DNA of 64,000 nt from contig OZ246418.1 of NCBI GenBank assembly GCA_965231155.1, forward strand, positions 42,266-106,265, read 5' to 3'. Both the position numbers and the translations under genes were made by a program. The stretch is from an uncultured Candidatus Saccharibacteria bacterium. GTDB lineage: Bacteria; Patescibacteriota; Minisyncoccia; UBA6257; 2-01-FULL-56-20. The first letter of the stretch is position 1. Every line of letters begins with the position of its first letter. The notes below the pieces were generated by a model, which was not told the DNA's origin, made no database searches, and was given only the letters and a program-made list of their open reading frames with translations. Of this stretch, positions 30,595 to 40,365 are shown in pieces.

Positions 30595-31340
30595 AGATTT
30601 TGAGAATTACGCGTAATGATTATATCAGAAAAATGTTCAGATTGTTCAAGGGTAATCGCCTGCTCACGAGCCAAGTGGAGAATAGCCAAAAAAGAAACGA
30701 CTATTTCCGAACGATCAGCGGTGGCGGAAAGTTCTGAGAAAGTTGTGTTTTCGATCTGTCGCAAACGCCCCAAAATAGTGTGCATCTGCTCTTCGAGGGT
30801 AACGACGGCTTCGCGCATCGTCTCCTCTTCTAAAATAATTTTTTCTAGAGATTGCGCCAGTCGCCCGAGGCCAGTTAATAAATTTTCCAGAGATAAGGTC
30901 TGGCCAGGATAAAAAAGTTTCTGTTCTGCTTCTCTTGGTAAATTTTTTGCAATAGAAAGAAAGTAAGGACGGCTGGCCTCATAGGCATCTTTCTGCCAGA
31001 GTTTCTGCACGAGCTTACTGGCCTCCTTAAACTCTCGATAGGCTTTCAGTCTCTCTTCTAGTTGATCTAAACTCCCCTCCTCTTCGGAAGTGAGCGGTAG
31101 TTCGGGTAAAAGGGATTTTGATTTGAGGAGAATCAACTGACTACCCACAACAATAAAATCAGCCAGAAGGGCCGGCGGAGTGTGTTCCAGTTTTTCGATA
31201 TGACGCAAGAAGTCGTCAGTGACCTTGGCCAGACTCAGACGACTGACATCAAGTTTTTCAGATTCGATAAGTTGCAGGAGTTTATCCAGTGGTCCGGAAA
31301 ACTCTCCGAGGCGTAATTCGTAGGGAGATAGTGGCGTCAT
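30591..31340 (-). CDS. scpA: Segregation/condensation protein A
   Basis: FSGPLDKLL.LI, KSKSLLP, FLAILHL, Q...F.DI. Confidence 0.93.
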   Translation of the reverse strand: MTPLSPYELRLGEFSGPLDKLLQLIESEKLDVSRLSLAKVTDDFLRHIEKLEHTPPALLADFIVVGSQLILLKSKSLLPELPLTSEEEGSLDQLEERLKAYREFKEASKLVQKLWQKDAYEASRPYFLSIAKNLPREAEQKLFYPGQTLSLENLLTGLGRLAQSLEKIILEEETMREAVVTLEEQMHTILGRLRQIENTTFSELSATADRSEIVVSFLAILHLAREQAITLEQSEHFSDIIITRNSQNL

Positions 31341-31433
31341 ACGTTAGTGGCATTATAGGAAAAAATGCCAATGAAATCAAAGAAAAAATGAAATAATTTG
31401 TCTCGTCTTTGAAATACCCCTATAATCCTTTTT

Positions 31434-32570
31434 ATGGCTCTCGCATATCACCGTAAGTATCGACCGAAAAAACTCGACGAACTCGTCGGACAGGAAGAAA
31501 ATATTGAGATTCTCAGAAACGCCGCCAAAGAAGATCGTCTTGGTCAGGCCTACCTTTTTTATGGTTCACGTGGCACAGGCAAAACCACCACCGCACGCTT
31601 GGTGGCAAAACTCCTCAACTGCGAGAAACGCGTCAGCGATCCGAAGTTTGCCAAACTCGGCGAGCCTTGTGGCGAGTGTCAGTCATGCTTAGAGATTGAT
31701 TCGGCCAATGCCATCGACCTTATTGAAATCGACGCCGCTTCAAATCGTGGTATCGACGAGATTCGAAATCTCAAAGAGAATATTCGCACTGCTCCCACCT
31801 CAAGTAAGTACAAGGTCTACATTATAGATGAAGCGCACATGCTCACTCGTGAGGCTTCGAACGCACTCCTCAAAACACTCGAGGAACCTCCGGCGCACAC
31901 TACTATTATCCTCGCCACCACTGAATACGAAAAACTCCCTCCGACCATCACCTCGCGCACGCAACGCTTCCTCTTTAAAAAACTGACCAAACCAAAAATT
32001 ATTGAAAAACTTCAACGCATCGTTGATGAAGAAAAAATTAATATTGAGCCTGACGCCTTAGAGCTCATCGCCGCGCTCGGCGAAGGCAGTCTCCGCGACG
32101 CCGAATCGCTCCTTGATCAGATGGCGTCTTTCTCTGGTGCACTGGCTAAAAAGAAAGAGGATCTTCTGACCGTTGCCTTAGTTGAAAAACTTACTGGCCG
32201 AGTGGGTATGAAAAAAATTCACGGTCTCTCGGAGCTGATCTTAAAAAACGACGCCAAAACTGTAGTCGAATATCTGGAAAAAGTTGACGAAGAAGGACAC
32301 GACTTGGTGCGATTTACCAAAGATTTAATCCACTATCTTCGCAAAGTCATCGCCCTCAATGTGAGCGCGGAATTAGAGAAAGATTTCCAGTCAGAAATGA
32401 CCGACGAGGAGATTAAAAAACTGAAAAGCCTGGCCAGCCTTATTCATCGAGAAAAACATATCGCTCTGCTACGCAATCTCATTCGAGCCTATGCCGATAT
32501 GCGATACTCACCTTTTGCGCTGATTCCCTTGGAGATTACCCTTGTCGAACACTTGGAATCGAAGAAATAA
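31434..32570 (+). CDS. dnaX: DNA polymerase III subunit gamma/tau (short, gamma-sized)
   Basis: RKYRP, GSRGTGKTT, EIDAAS, IIDEAHM, NALLKTLEEPP, GSLRDA. Confidence 0.95.
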   Translation: MALAYHRKYRPKKLDELVGQEENIEILRNAAKEDRLGQAYLFYGSRGTGKTTTARLVAKLLNCEKRVSDPKFAKLGEPCGECQSCLEIDSANAIDLIEIDAASNRGIDEIRNLKENIRTAPTSSKYKVYIIDEAHMLTREASNALLKTLEEPPAHTTIILATTEYEKLPPTITSRTQRFLFKKLTKPKIIEKLQRIVDEEKINIEPDALELIAALGEGSLRDAESLLDQMASFSGALAKKKEDLLTVALVEKLTGRVGMKKIHGLSELILKNDAKTVVEYLEKVDEEGHDLVRFTKDLIHYLRKVIALNVSAELEKDFQSEMTDEEIKKLKSLASLIHREKHIALLRNLIRAYADMRYSPFALIPLEITLVEHLESKK

Positions 32571-32600
32571 AAAGAGCGATTCTGTAAAAAGATCGCCCTA

Positions 32601-34025
32601 TTAGATAGAAAGCCTTTTCGTGATGATTGTGCGTCGGAGAGCAAATGCCCGATGCACAATCTCAGCGCCAGATTCTGAAGCATCCCTCGCGTGAGGTTGG
32701 AGTGAGTAGCGTCCTCCTTCCGTTCCCGCGTTGTCGTTCTTCAGAACAACACCGAGCTGGACAAGTCGGAGAATGGTCTTCCGAGTCGGTTCCCGCTCTA
32801 AGCCATGAGCTGATGCCGCCTTCAAGAGATCTCGTTCCCCAATTCGACGCATCCCGACATATGGTTCGTGACGGCCGGGACGAAGAAGAATGAGAATGAT
32901 CTCCTTAGCTAGACCCTCATCAACATCCTCAGGCAAGAGGCCTGCGACATCAAAGAGATCGAAGATCCTTACCCGTTCTTCGGAAGAGTGGATGATTTCT
33001 TCGACTGCATCAGAATGAGGGAGTTCCTCCGGCATCTCGTCTGGCCAGACGAGACTTCTGGCATCGAGAATACGATGTCGAGCTTTCCGCAGTCGTCGCA
33101 TTGTATCTGGAAGATCAAGCTCTGCGATGTATCCACGGATTTGCTCCTCAGACTCCTCTGAGGGTGCAAGAAAGAGGAGTCTTCTCAATTCCTCGATGAT
33201 GCCCTCACACTCAGAGTGAATCTCCTCAGGAGTAATCTCTGGCGTAGGTTCGGGATGTGGGCAAGGAGGACCCGCGAAAGGAATCCTCTGTCTCTTTGGT
33301 CTTGGCAAAGAAGGCGAAGGTGGTCGATACACCTGTCGAGCTGGTTTTACAATTCGCCTCTGCTTTCTCCTCCTCACCATAATGAAACCGAGCACAGTGA
33401 GCGCCGACAGTCCGCCGGTCATTGAAGCAATGACAAACGGGAAATCGGTGATTAGTGGTTCGATCTTCGGAGTCAGGAGAGTCTGAATCTCCTCATCTCC
33501 AAGTTTCAGAATGGAAACAAGCTCAGAAACACCGACTGGCGTCTTCACGTATAAATTGAAGGCGACCTGATAGGATCTCTCTCCGTGATCATGGAGACCT
33601 GTTCGGTCGATATACTCCTTGCCTTCCGGAGACACTCGCCTGAAACCAAGGTAGGGGCTCCCGGGGGCGGTGGGTGGAAGCAGGACTTCGAACTGAATGT
33701 ATGCTTCCCGTTTCCGGAGCGTATCGCCCGAAGACCCTTCATTCAACCAGATGATATGCGCCAACCGAAGATCGAAAGAAGAGAGACTCACTCCTTGCGG
33801 AGCAGGCACTCGCTTCTCCTGCTGATCCTTGAGCTGTTTCTGATCTTCCTCGGGAACATTGTCTTCCAGCGTTCCCACCTCAGCAACAACTCTGAGTTTC
33901 CTCGCCTGCAAAACCTCCTCGAGACGAGAAAGATTTTCCAGAACCTTGACCTCTCCAGCTATCGCCCGGTTAGACCCCGCACAAAGGAGCCAGCCGAACA
34001 AAAAAGCTGAAACCAACCTTTTCAT
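32601..34025 (-). CDS. Hypothetical single-pass membrane protein (signal peptide, TM, Pro-rich linker, possible C-terminal wHTH)
   Basis: Signal-like N-terminus, TM followed by RRRKQRR, Pro-rich stretch; long clean ORF. Confidence 0.65.
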   Translation of the reverse strand: MKRLVSAFLFGWLLCAGSNRAIAGEVKVLENLSRLEEVLQARKLRVVAEVGTLEDNVPEEDQKQLKDQQEKRVPAPQGVSLSSFDLRLAHIIWLNEGSSGDTLRKREAYIQFEVLLPPTAPGSPYLGFRRVSPEGKEYIDRTGLHDHGERSYQVAFNLYVKTPVGVSELVSILKLGDEEIQTLLTPKIEPLITDFPFVIASMTGGLSALTVLGFIMVRRRKQRRIVKPARQVYRPPSPSLPRPKRQRIPFAGPPCPHPEPTPEITPEEIHSECEGIIEELRRLLFLAPSEESEEQIRGYIAELDLPDTMRRLRKARHRILDARSLVWPDEMPEELPHSDAVEEIIHSSEERVRIFDLFDVAGLLPEDVDEGLAKEIILILLRPGRHEPYVGMRRIGERDLLKAASAHGLEREPTRKTILRLVQLGVVLKNDNAGTEGGRYSLQPHARDASESGAEIVHRAFALRRTIITKRLSI

Positions 34026-34195
34026 ACCCTACCCCTTTCTCCCATATGGGAATGACTATGATCTACCCGCAGTATAGCAGAGAACTAATCCCCTTCAAGG
34101 TTCCTCGAAAAATAGTCCGAAGGTTGAAAAATATCCAATTTCTTACTACCATACGAAAGCTACACTATATTCTTGCAATATAGTGTTTTCTTACT

Positions 34196-34266
34196 TGCCG
34201 GGTCGTCTAATGGTAGGACAACGGACTCTGAATCCGTTTATCTTGGTTCGAATCCAGGCCCGGCAG
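34196..34266 (+). tRNA. tRNA-Gln (anticodon CTG), CCA not encoded
   Basis: Acceptor stem TGCCGGG/CCCGGCA; D arm GTCTAATGGTAGGAC; anticodon arm ACGGA-CTCTGAA-TCCGT; T arm CTTGG-TTCGAAT-CCAGG. Confidence 0.96.
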
Positions 34267-34360
34267 CAGTCTAGTTTAGTATCGATGGACCAGGAGCTGT
34301 AATAAATGACACCCAATAACCTGGACGGGTTATTAAGAAAACTATACTCTTGTTCTCATA

Positions 34361-37300
34361 ATGTTTGACGCTTCTGACTTACAGCTTAATCCCAAAGAAA
34401 TAGATCCTCCCGGAAGTCCGGATAAGTTCGAAGCTTTCTGTTGCGCACTAGTACGAGAAGTCTGGAAGGATCCTACAGCTGGACGCATTGGACGATCAGG
34501 ACAGAAGCAGAACGGGCTCGATGTTATTGCCCGTTACAACATGGGAGCAGAATATTGGGGACTACAGAGCAAGAACAAGGATTCTTTAACAGGCTCCCTC
34601 TCAAGGAGCGATGTAGAAGTAGAAGTGGAAAAAGCTAAAGGATTCACACCCCCACTGAAATGTTTTTACATTGTAACCACTCTTCCACGAGATCAAGCCC
34701 TTCAAGCTATCGCACGAGATATTACATCTAAGAATCTTTCTCTTGGACTTTTTTCTGTACACTTTTGGTTTTGGGAAGATATTTGCGAGCACCTTCTCGA
34801 ACATCGAGAGCTTCTTTACATCTATTGGCCTCATTTACGTCCTGGGACACAAACTAATCCGAGCAGTGCTCCTTCTTCTATCAAGAAAGGTACCGAGAAG
34901 ATTCTTGAAGATGAGGCAAATCTTCGGGAAACCAATATCACGAACTCTGGAACTGGCACCATTAACATCGCCATCGGAGATGGCGGGACCGTTACTGTTA
35001 TCCCCGACGAAAAGAAAGAGATCCACGCCAAACTCGATATAATTCGAAATTACATCGATGAAAATATCCCCATAACAGCCCTGCGTGAATTGGAGCAGAT
35101 CAAAAAGGATCACTGGGTAACCGCAGATAGTATATTGAAATTCAGAATTCTAACTAACATTGCCGCTTCAGAATCGAAGGTAGGCAAAGAAAGTGACGCT
35201 GGGAAACATTTCATCGAAGCTCTTCAATACAATCCTAATGACGAAAAGGCTTTATGCAATGCGGCAACCGGTTATCTTATTCAAGAAGATAAAGAAGAAG
35301 CACGGAAATATATTCAGAAGGCATTGATGATAAACCCAGCTAGCGACCGTGCTTTTTCTTTAACGATTTACGCTGCGCCTACTGGTGCATTTATCGAAGA
35401 ACTTCAAAAGAATATCCCTTCGATAAACCTAAGGTCTGCCCCTGTTTCTTATGCCATTGGATTCGTCTTAAGAGCTAGGGGTGAACTTGAGGAATCAATC
35501 CCATGGTTCAGACAAGCAGCCGATATGGCACCTACGGATATAGAGATGAGCACTTCGTTAGCTGAGACATTACTTCAGACAATTATTGATGATCAGTCTG
35601 TTGTGTTCGGCCAACAATTGACTGAAAAAACACGAAACCTCTTAAACGAGATTGATGACATATTTAAGAAAGCGTGGAATACAGTGTCCAACAAAGAGAT
35701 AAAAGTATATAGAACAAGCTGGCTTTTGAATCGCAGTCTCGTAAATAAATTATTGAGCAACTACGATATTGCAATTCGGACAGTAGACGAGGCGCTTGAG
35801 TTAAGACCAGATGATCTGAGTGTGATTAAGCAAAAAGCGATTCTTCTCTTTGAAGGCGGAAGGAAAGATGAAGCTCTTGTGTTTATTAAGGATATAATCA
35901 AAGATACCTCAAAACCGGAGATGGTTATCCCGGCCGCTGCGCTCCTTGCAAGCACATCTCATTATGATGAGGCGCTCGAGATACTTAATAGTTTAAAAAA
36001 TAAAACTGACGACAAGAAAGCTATCGCCGAAGCAAACCGGATGCTCGTTGATTTACTAGGAGCGGTGGGCAAATTTGAGGATGCTAGAATCTTGTCTGAC
36101 CAAATAATGATTGCGGAACCTGATAATATTGGATATTACATTGATCGAGCGAATCTTCACTCAGCAATAAAAGATACGGACGGAGTCCAAAAATATATTG
36201 ACCAAGCAAAAATTCGGGCAAATGAAAGTTCTTCCAAAAGAGAGCTGATCGAACTAGCCAATGCCTTATATAAATTTGAGAAATTTGCTGATGCAAGTGA
36301 TATCTTCACTTTGGTTGCTGATAAAAACACAGACTCCGATCTCACGCGAAAGCTACTTAATAGTTATTACCGCGCCGGCAAACTGGGGGAAGCTCTGAAA
36401 GTGATCCAAGCTCTTAAGGCCGGAACTGTGTCTTCCAATAAATATCTTGTAGAAATGGAATCCTCAATTTATGAGGAGATTGGAAACTGGCAAAAGGCGA
36501 AAGAAATATGCCTCGAATTCTTCAAAAAGAATCCCGAAGACAACGAGATTAAGATTCGATATGCCGCTGCCTTATTGAGGAGTAGCACCACGGAAGACCT
36601 AAAAGAACTTGATGAACTACTCGACTCGGAAATTGATACTTCTGATTTCTCTTTTAATTTATGGATGCAACTGATAAATCTATATGAATTTCGGGGACGA
36701 GTAGGACGTGCGATTGCTTCAGCATATGAAGCCCGAAGAAAGTTCTTCAATATGCCCGAAGCACATATTCAATACGTTGGTGTTTTTTTCCGGCGCGAGA
36801 AAGTCCTCGACCCAGAGCTTAACTGTTTGGAAGCACAGGAGAATTCAGCGATCCTTTTGGGAGATGGCTTATCCAACGACTGGTTTATACTTGAAAAACG
36901 AAAAGATTCTGACTTAAATAAAAAAGAAATAAATCCCGATCATCCTCTATTTTCTCTTTTACTTGGGAAGAAGACTGGTGATGAAATTATTGTGCAAAAC
37001 ACGGGACCAATCCCTGACAAGAGAAAGATACAAGAGATTAAACATAAATTTGTTTATGCCCTGCACGATAGTTTAAATAATTTCAGTTCTAGATTCCCTA
37101 CGGCTGGTGGTCTTTGGGGTATTAAAGTAGGCACTACAACAGACTCCTCTGAGGGAGAGGCGCCTAACGGGATAAAGCTAATACTTGATCAAGTTTCTAA
37201 GCATGACAATTTCATCCATAAGGTAGAGGATTATTACAATAAGGGTCGGCTCACTCTTGGGGCATTCGGCAAGTTAATTGGGAAAGATGTATTGACTGTC

Positions 37301-38335
37301 TGGGGCGGTATCATTTCTTCTCAAGGCTCTGGAATCCAAGCTTCTCTTGGAACTCCTCAAGAACTTAAAGAAAGCACCCTACTCCTAAGACGCGTCCCTC
37401 CATTGAAACTAGTTATTGATCCTGTTTCTATTATGACAATTCACGGTATGGGAATGGCCGATAGTCTGATAAAGATATTTGGACGACCGATAGTTACTTC
37501 CTCAACAGTTGATCTCATTCGAGTTGCTATTGCAGAGAAAGGAGGTCTCGGCTCAGACGGCTATATGAGCATCGCTAAGGAAGGAGACAAGTTCGTTAGA
37601 AACGAAGTTACTCCTGAGCAAATGACAAAACATATTCAGTATCTCGATTCGATTGCGAAATGGATTGAGAATAATTGCGACATACTTCCTTGTGAACCCG
37701 CTCTCTCTATAGACAGAGATATCCGAAAAAAGAACGAAGAGATTCTAGGCAGAGAATCCTATGAAACAATATTACTTGCGGCTCAACCTGGAAACCTTTT
37801 ATATTCTGACGATGAACGACTTCGCGCGCTCGCTCGGAATGACTACAATTGTACTCCTGGTGTTTGGACTCAACTCTTGATGATGGAGATGCGAGAGAAG
37901 AATGTCATTACAAAAGAAGCGTACGCACAAGCTATTCTTAAACTACTCAACTCTAAATATCGACACACAAGTGTTAGCAAGGAAGTGATGGTAGAAGCAG
38001 CAATTCAGGCCTCATGGAAGATCCGGGAGCCACTCACAAGCGTCCTCGCAAAACTTAAAGAAGGAGATGCTGATACCAAATCAGCCGCGGCAGTAAGCGC
38101 AGAGTTTCTTTTAGAGATTTGGAATAAAGAAAATGCTATGTCTCCCGAAGAGAAGGAAAATATGACGAGTTATCTAGCTGGAGTTCTGGTAGAGAATCGG
38201 TCGTTCACAGATGTGCTCTTCCAATTGAGAGCCGAGCTTGCACGAGTTTTCAAGAGTAATTCTCTTGAAAAAGAAGAGGTGATGTCGGCATTACGTGCTT
38301 GGGCCAAAGAGAGCGGTATCACTTACGAAATTTAG
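34361..38335 (+). CDS. Restriction-endonuclease-fold + TPR + GreA/B-C + PIN multidomain protein (putative antiviral)
   Basis: N-terminal FE..C...GRSGQKQNGLD...QSK (PD-(D/E/Q)xK); many TPR-like repeats; INPDHPL..LLGKK.GD (GreA/B C-terminal); LVID and LYSDD..LR (PIN). Confidence 0.75.
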   Translation: MFDASDLQLNPKEIDPPGSPDKFEAFCCALVREVWKDPTAGRIGRSGQKQNGLDVIARYNMGAEYWGLQSKNKDSLTGSLSRSDVEVEVEKAKGFTPPLKCFYIVTTLPRDQALQAIARDITSKNLSLGLFSVHFWFWEDICEHLLEHRELLYIYWPHLRPGTQTNPSSAPSSIKKGTEKILEDEANLRETNITNSGTGTINIAIGDGGTVTVIPDEKKEIHAKLDIIRNYIDENIPITALRELEQIKKDHWVTADSILKFRILTNIAASESKVGKESDAGKHFIEALQYNPNDEKALCNAATGYLIQEDKEEARKYIQKALMINPASDRAFSLTIYAAPTGAFIEELQKNIPSINLRSAPVSYAIGFVLRARGELEESIPWFRQAADMAPTDIEMSTSLAETLLQTIIDDQSVVFGQQLTEKTRNLLNEIDDIFKKAWNTVSNKEIKVYRTSWLLNRSLVNKLLSNYDIAIRTVDEALELRPDDLSVIKQKAILLFEGGRKDEALVFIKDIIKDTSKPEMVIPAAALLASTSHYDEALEILNSLKNKTDDKKAIAEANRMLVDLLGAVGKFEDARILSDQIMIAEPDNIGYYIDRANLHSAIKDTDGVQKYIDQAKIRANESSSKRELIELANALYKFEKFADASDIFTLVADKNTDSDLTRKLLNSYYRAGKLGEALKVIQALKAGTVSSNKYLVEMESSIYEEIGNWQKAKEICLEFFKKNPEDNEIKIRYAAALLRSSTTEDLKELDELLDSEIDTSDFSFNLWMQLINLYEFRGRVGRAIASAYEARRKFFNMPEAHIQYVGVFFRREKVLDPELNCLEAQENSAILLGDGLSNDWFILEKRKDSDLNKKEINPDHPLFSLLLGKKTGDEIIVQNTGPIPDKRKIQEIKHKFVYALHDSLNNFSSRFPTAGGLWGIKVGTTTDSSEGEAPNGIKLILDQVSKHDNFIHKVEDYYNKGRLTLGAFGKLIGKDVLTVWGGIISSQGSGIQASLGTPQELKESTLLLRRVPPLKLVIDPVSIMTIHGMGMADSLIKIFGRPIVTSSTVDLIRVAIAEKGGLGSDGYMSIAKEGDKFVRNEVTPEQMTKHIQYLDSIAKWIENNCDILPCEPALSIDRDIRKKNEEILGRESYETILLAAQPGNLLYSDDERLRALARNDYNCTPGVWTQLLMMEMREKNVITKEAYAQAILKLLNSKYRHTSVSKEVMVEAAIQASWKIREPLTSVLAKLKEGDADTKSAAAVSAEFLLEIWNKENAMSPEEKENMTSYLAGVLVENRSFTDVLFQLRAELARVFKSNSLEKEEVMSALRAWAKESGITYEI

Positions 38336-38340
38336 ATTCA

Positions 38341-39627
38341 CTATTCTAGGGTTAACTTCTTGTCTATTAAGATCAACTTACTTCTAAATGATTGCATCAA
38401 CTCTCGCTTCTCTTCTAAGATTCCATCTTTAAGTAGGTATTTCGCATACGATCGCAAGTCAGTTTTGTTTTGCTCTAACCTTTCTTTCTCGTCTAGGCCA
38501 AGCACCTTATTTCGAAAGTGACCGAACCGCTCCATCTCTTTTTCCAACTTCTGTCTTATGCCAATAGAATTGAGATCAATTTTATCCATAAGCTCCAAGA
38601 GTTGGGCAATTAAGACTTTTTCTTCAATATATCCGCCCTTGCAATTTCTATCTTTGAACCGAGTACAGCCATAATAGATATATTTTGCTATTGTTCCATC
38701 TTTAAGATTCTTATACTTCTCCTCTGCCGATATCCCCGAACCACAAAGCCCGCAGGACATAAGACGAGTGAATGCAAACTCTCCATGCTTTGTCCTGACT
38801 TTCCGCTGAAGCTGCAATTGCTTCTGTGTTGAGTCAAATAGTTCTTTTGTAATAATCGGAATGTGTTTTCCTTGAAACCATCTTCCACTCCCCCGAGGAT
38901 ATTCGTATCTTCCGTAGTAGAAAGTATTGTTAAAAAGAATGTACACATTACTCAACGTAAATGGTTTCCCATTTCTTGATACAAATTTTATTTCACGAAG
39001 CCATTCGTAAACTTTTCTGCCGCTCCAACCCGTTAAAGCAACTTTCTCGAACATTTCTTTTACAATAGGAGCGCGCTCAGGATCAATGAAAATATGGCCC
39101 TTCTCGTCGACATTTTTTGAATTCAGATAGCCAGTAGGCGCTACCGATGGCCAAAGCCCCATCTCGCACTTGGTTTTCAATCCCCTTTTTACATTTATGC
39201 TCTTATTGTCATTCTCTAGTTTTGCCTGGGAGCCAAGAATCATGAGGAGAAATTTCTCATTAGGATTATCAGTGAACCTCTGACTGTAAGTCTTGATCTC
39301 AACTAGTTTCTTTTGATCAAAGAGGTCAACAATTGCTCCGAGATCGCCTGCGTTGCGACTCAGTCGATCTGGATGCCAGACTAGGATACCATTGAACTTA
39401 TCCTCCCGAATGTCGTTAAGAAGCTTGTTGAATACTGGACGTTGTCCACAGTCTTTAGCTGAGTGTGATTCTCTGTAAATATCAGTAACGTTCAGATTGT
39501 CTCGCTGCGCCACCAACAACATCTCCTTTGTTTGAGAGTCTATCGAAAGAGCCTGCTTCTCCTCTGCTTCGCTAGATTTCCTCGCATAGAGGCAGTAACG
39601 GACCTCCTGAGCTATTTCTGTATCCAT
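38341..39627 (-). CDS. Large serine recombinase (resolvase + recombinase + Zn-ribbon)
   Basis: YARKSS, SIDSQ, ESHSAK, RP.F, DRLSRN, APTGY, N.FYYG, CGLCG...YY.C. Confidence 0.93.
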   Translation of the reverse strand: MDTEIAQEVRYCLYARKSSEAEEKQALSIDSQTKEMLLVAQRDNLNVTDIYRESHSAKDCGQRPVFNKLLNDIREDKFNGILVWHPDRLSRNAGDLGAIVDLFDQKKLVEIKTYSQRFTDNPNEKFLLMILGSQAKLENDNKSINVKRGLKTKCEMGLWPSVAPTGYLNSKNVDEKGHIFIDPERAPIVKEMFEKVALTGWSGRKVYEWLREIKFVSRNGKPFTLSNVYILFNNTFYYGRYEYPRGSGRWFQGKHIPIITKELFDSTQKQLQLQRKVRTKHGEFAFTRLMSCGLCGSGISAEEKYKNLKDGTIAKYIYYGCTRFKDRNCKGGYIEEKVLIAQLLELMDKIDLNSIGIRQKLEKEMERFGHFRNKVLGLDEKERLEQNKTDLRSYAKYLLKDGILEEKRELMQSFRSKLILIDKKLTLE

Positions 39628-39669
39628 ACCCCAATGGATGACGCAGACCTCCGAGGAAGTCCAGGGCTC

Positions 39670-40344
39670 TCAAGAACCCTTTATCAGCCTCACTAATTCG
39701 GCAAACTGATTTGCTCCAATATTTCCTTCGCTAATATATGGCTTTTGAGGATTGCATGTGGCGTATGGAATCTTGGTTAAAAAAGGAACAGCTTCTCTCC
39801 AAATCCGTTCACCGCGCATAACGATGACGACTGGGTTTCTTTTTAAGGCATTCCCAACAAGATGCACCGAGTAACGCTGCGAGGGTAGTAGCTCTCCTTT
39901 CCATTGATACTTAACCGAGTGATAAGGAAAGTACTCAACGCAAAATATCTTTTTGGATAGCTCTTCCCACCCTACATTCACTGCACGCATGAGCGGCCCA
40001 ACCCTTCCTTTCCACCACTCATGCCCGGCTTGCGATACCTCAGCGAGTGCCGGGTTGAAGGGATAAAAAGGATAGTCATCAAACTGATGTAAGAAGTTTG
40101 ATCGAGCAATACTACTGAATAATTCACAGGCTTTTTCTGACCCAGTTTCTAATCCATATCCAGGATTGAGGTTAAGGAGAATAATTGGCGCGTCTGGATT
40201 ACCGACATAAGGAGATGGCAGCTGATCTAATAATATCTTCCCTTTGGGATCACGACATCGATCATTGAAGACTTCGATTGCCTTTTCATCTTCAGAAAAG
40301 ATAAATGGCGGAACTGTAGGCAGATGCGTCCAAGGATTTCTCAT
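39670..40344 (-). CDS. Uracil-DNA-glycosylase-superfamily-like protein
   Basis: PSPYVGNPDAPIILLNLNPG and EYFPYHS motifs. Confidence 0.55.
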   Translation of the reverse strand: MRNPWTHLPTVPPFIFSEDEKAIEVFNDRCRDPKGKILLDQLPSPYVGNPDAPIILLNLNPGYGLETGSEKACELFSSIARSNFLHQFDDYPFYPFNPALAEVSQAGHEWWKGRVGPLMRAVNVGWEELSKKIFCVEYFPYHSVKYQWKGELLPSQRYSVHLVGNALKRNPVVIVMRGERIWREAVPFLTKIPYATCNPQKPYISEGNIGANQFAELVRLIKGS

Positions 40345-40365
40345 AGCCCGAGGGGATAGGAGTCG

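Noticed and set aside
34162-34186. ACACTATATT-cttgc-AATATAGTGT palindrome just before tRNA-Gln
   Set aside because: The 10-bp inverted repeat is real but AT-rich and single-copy; it cannot be assigned as operator, terminator or att arm.
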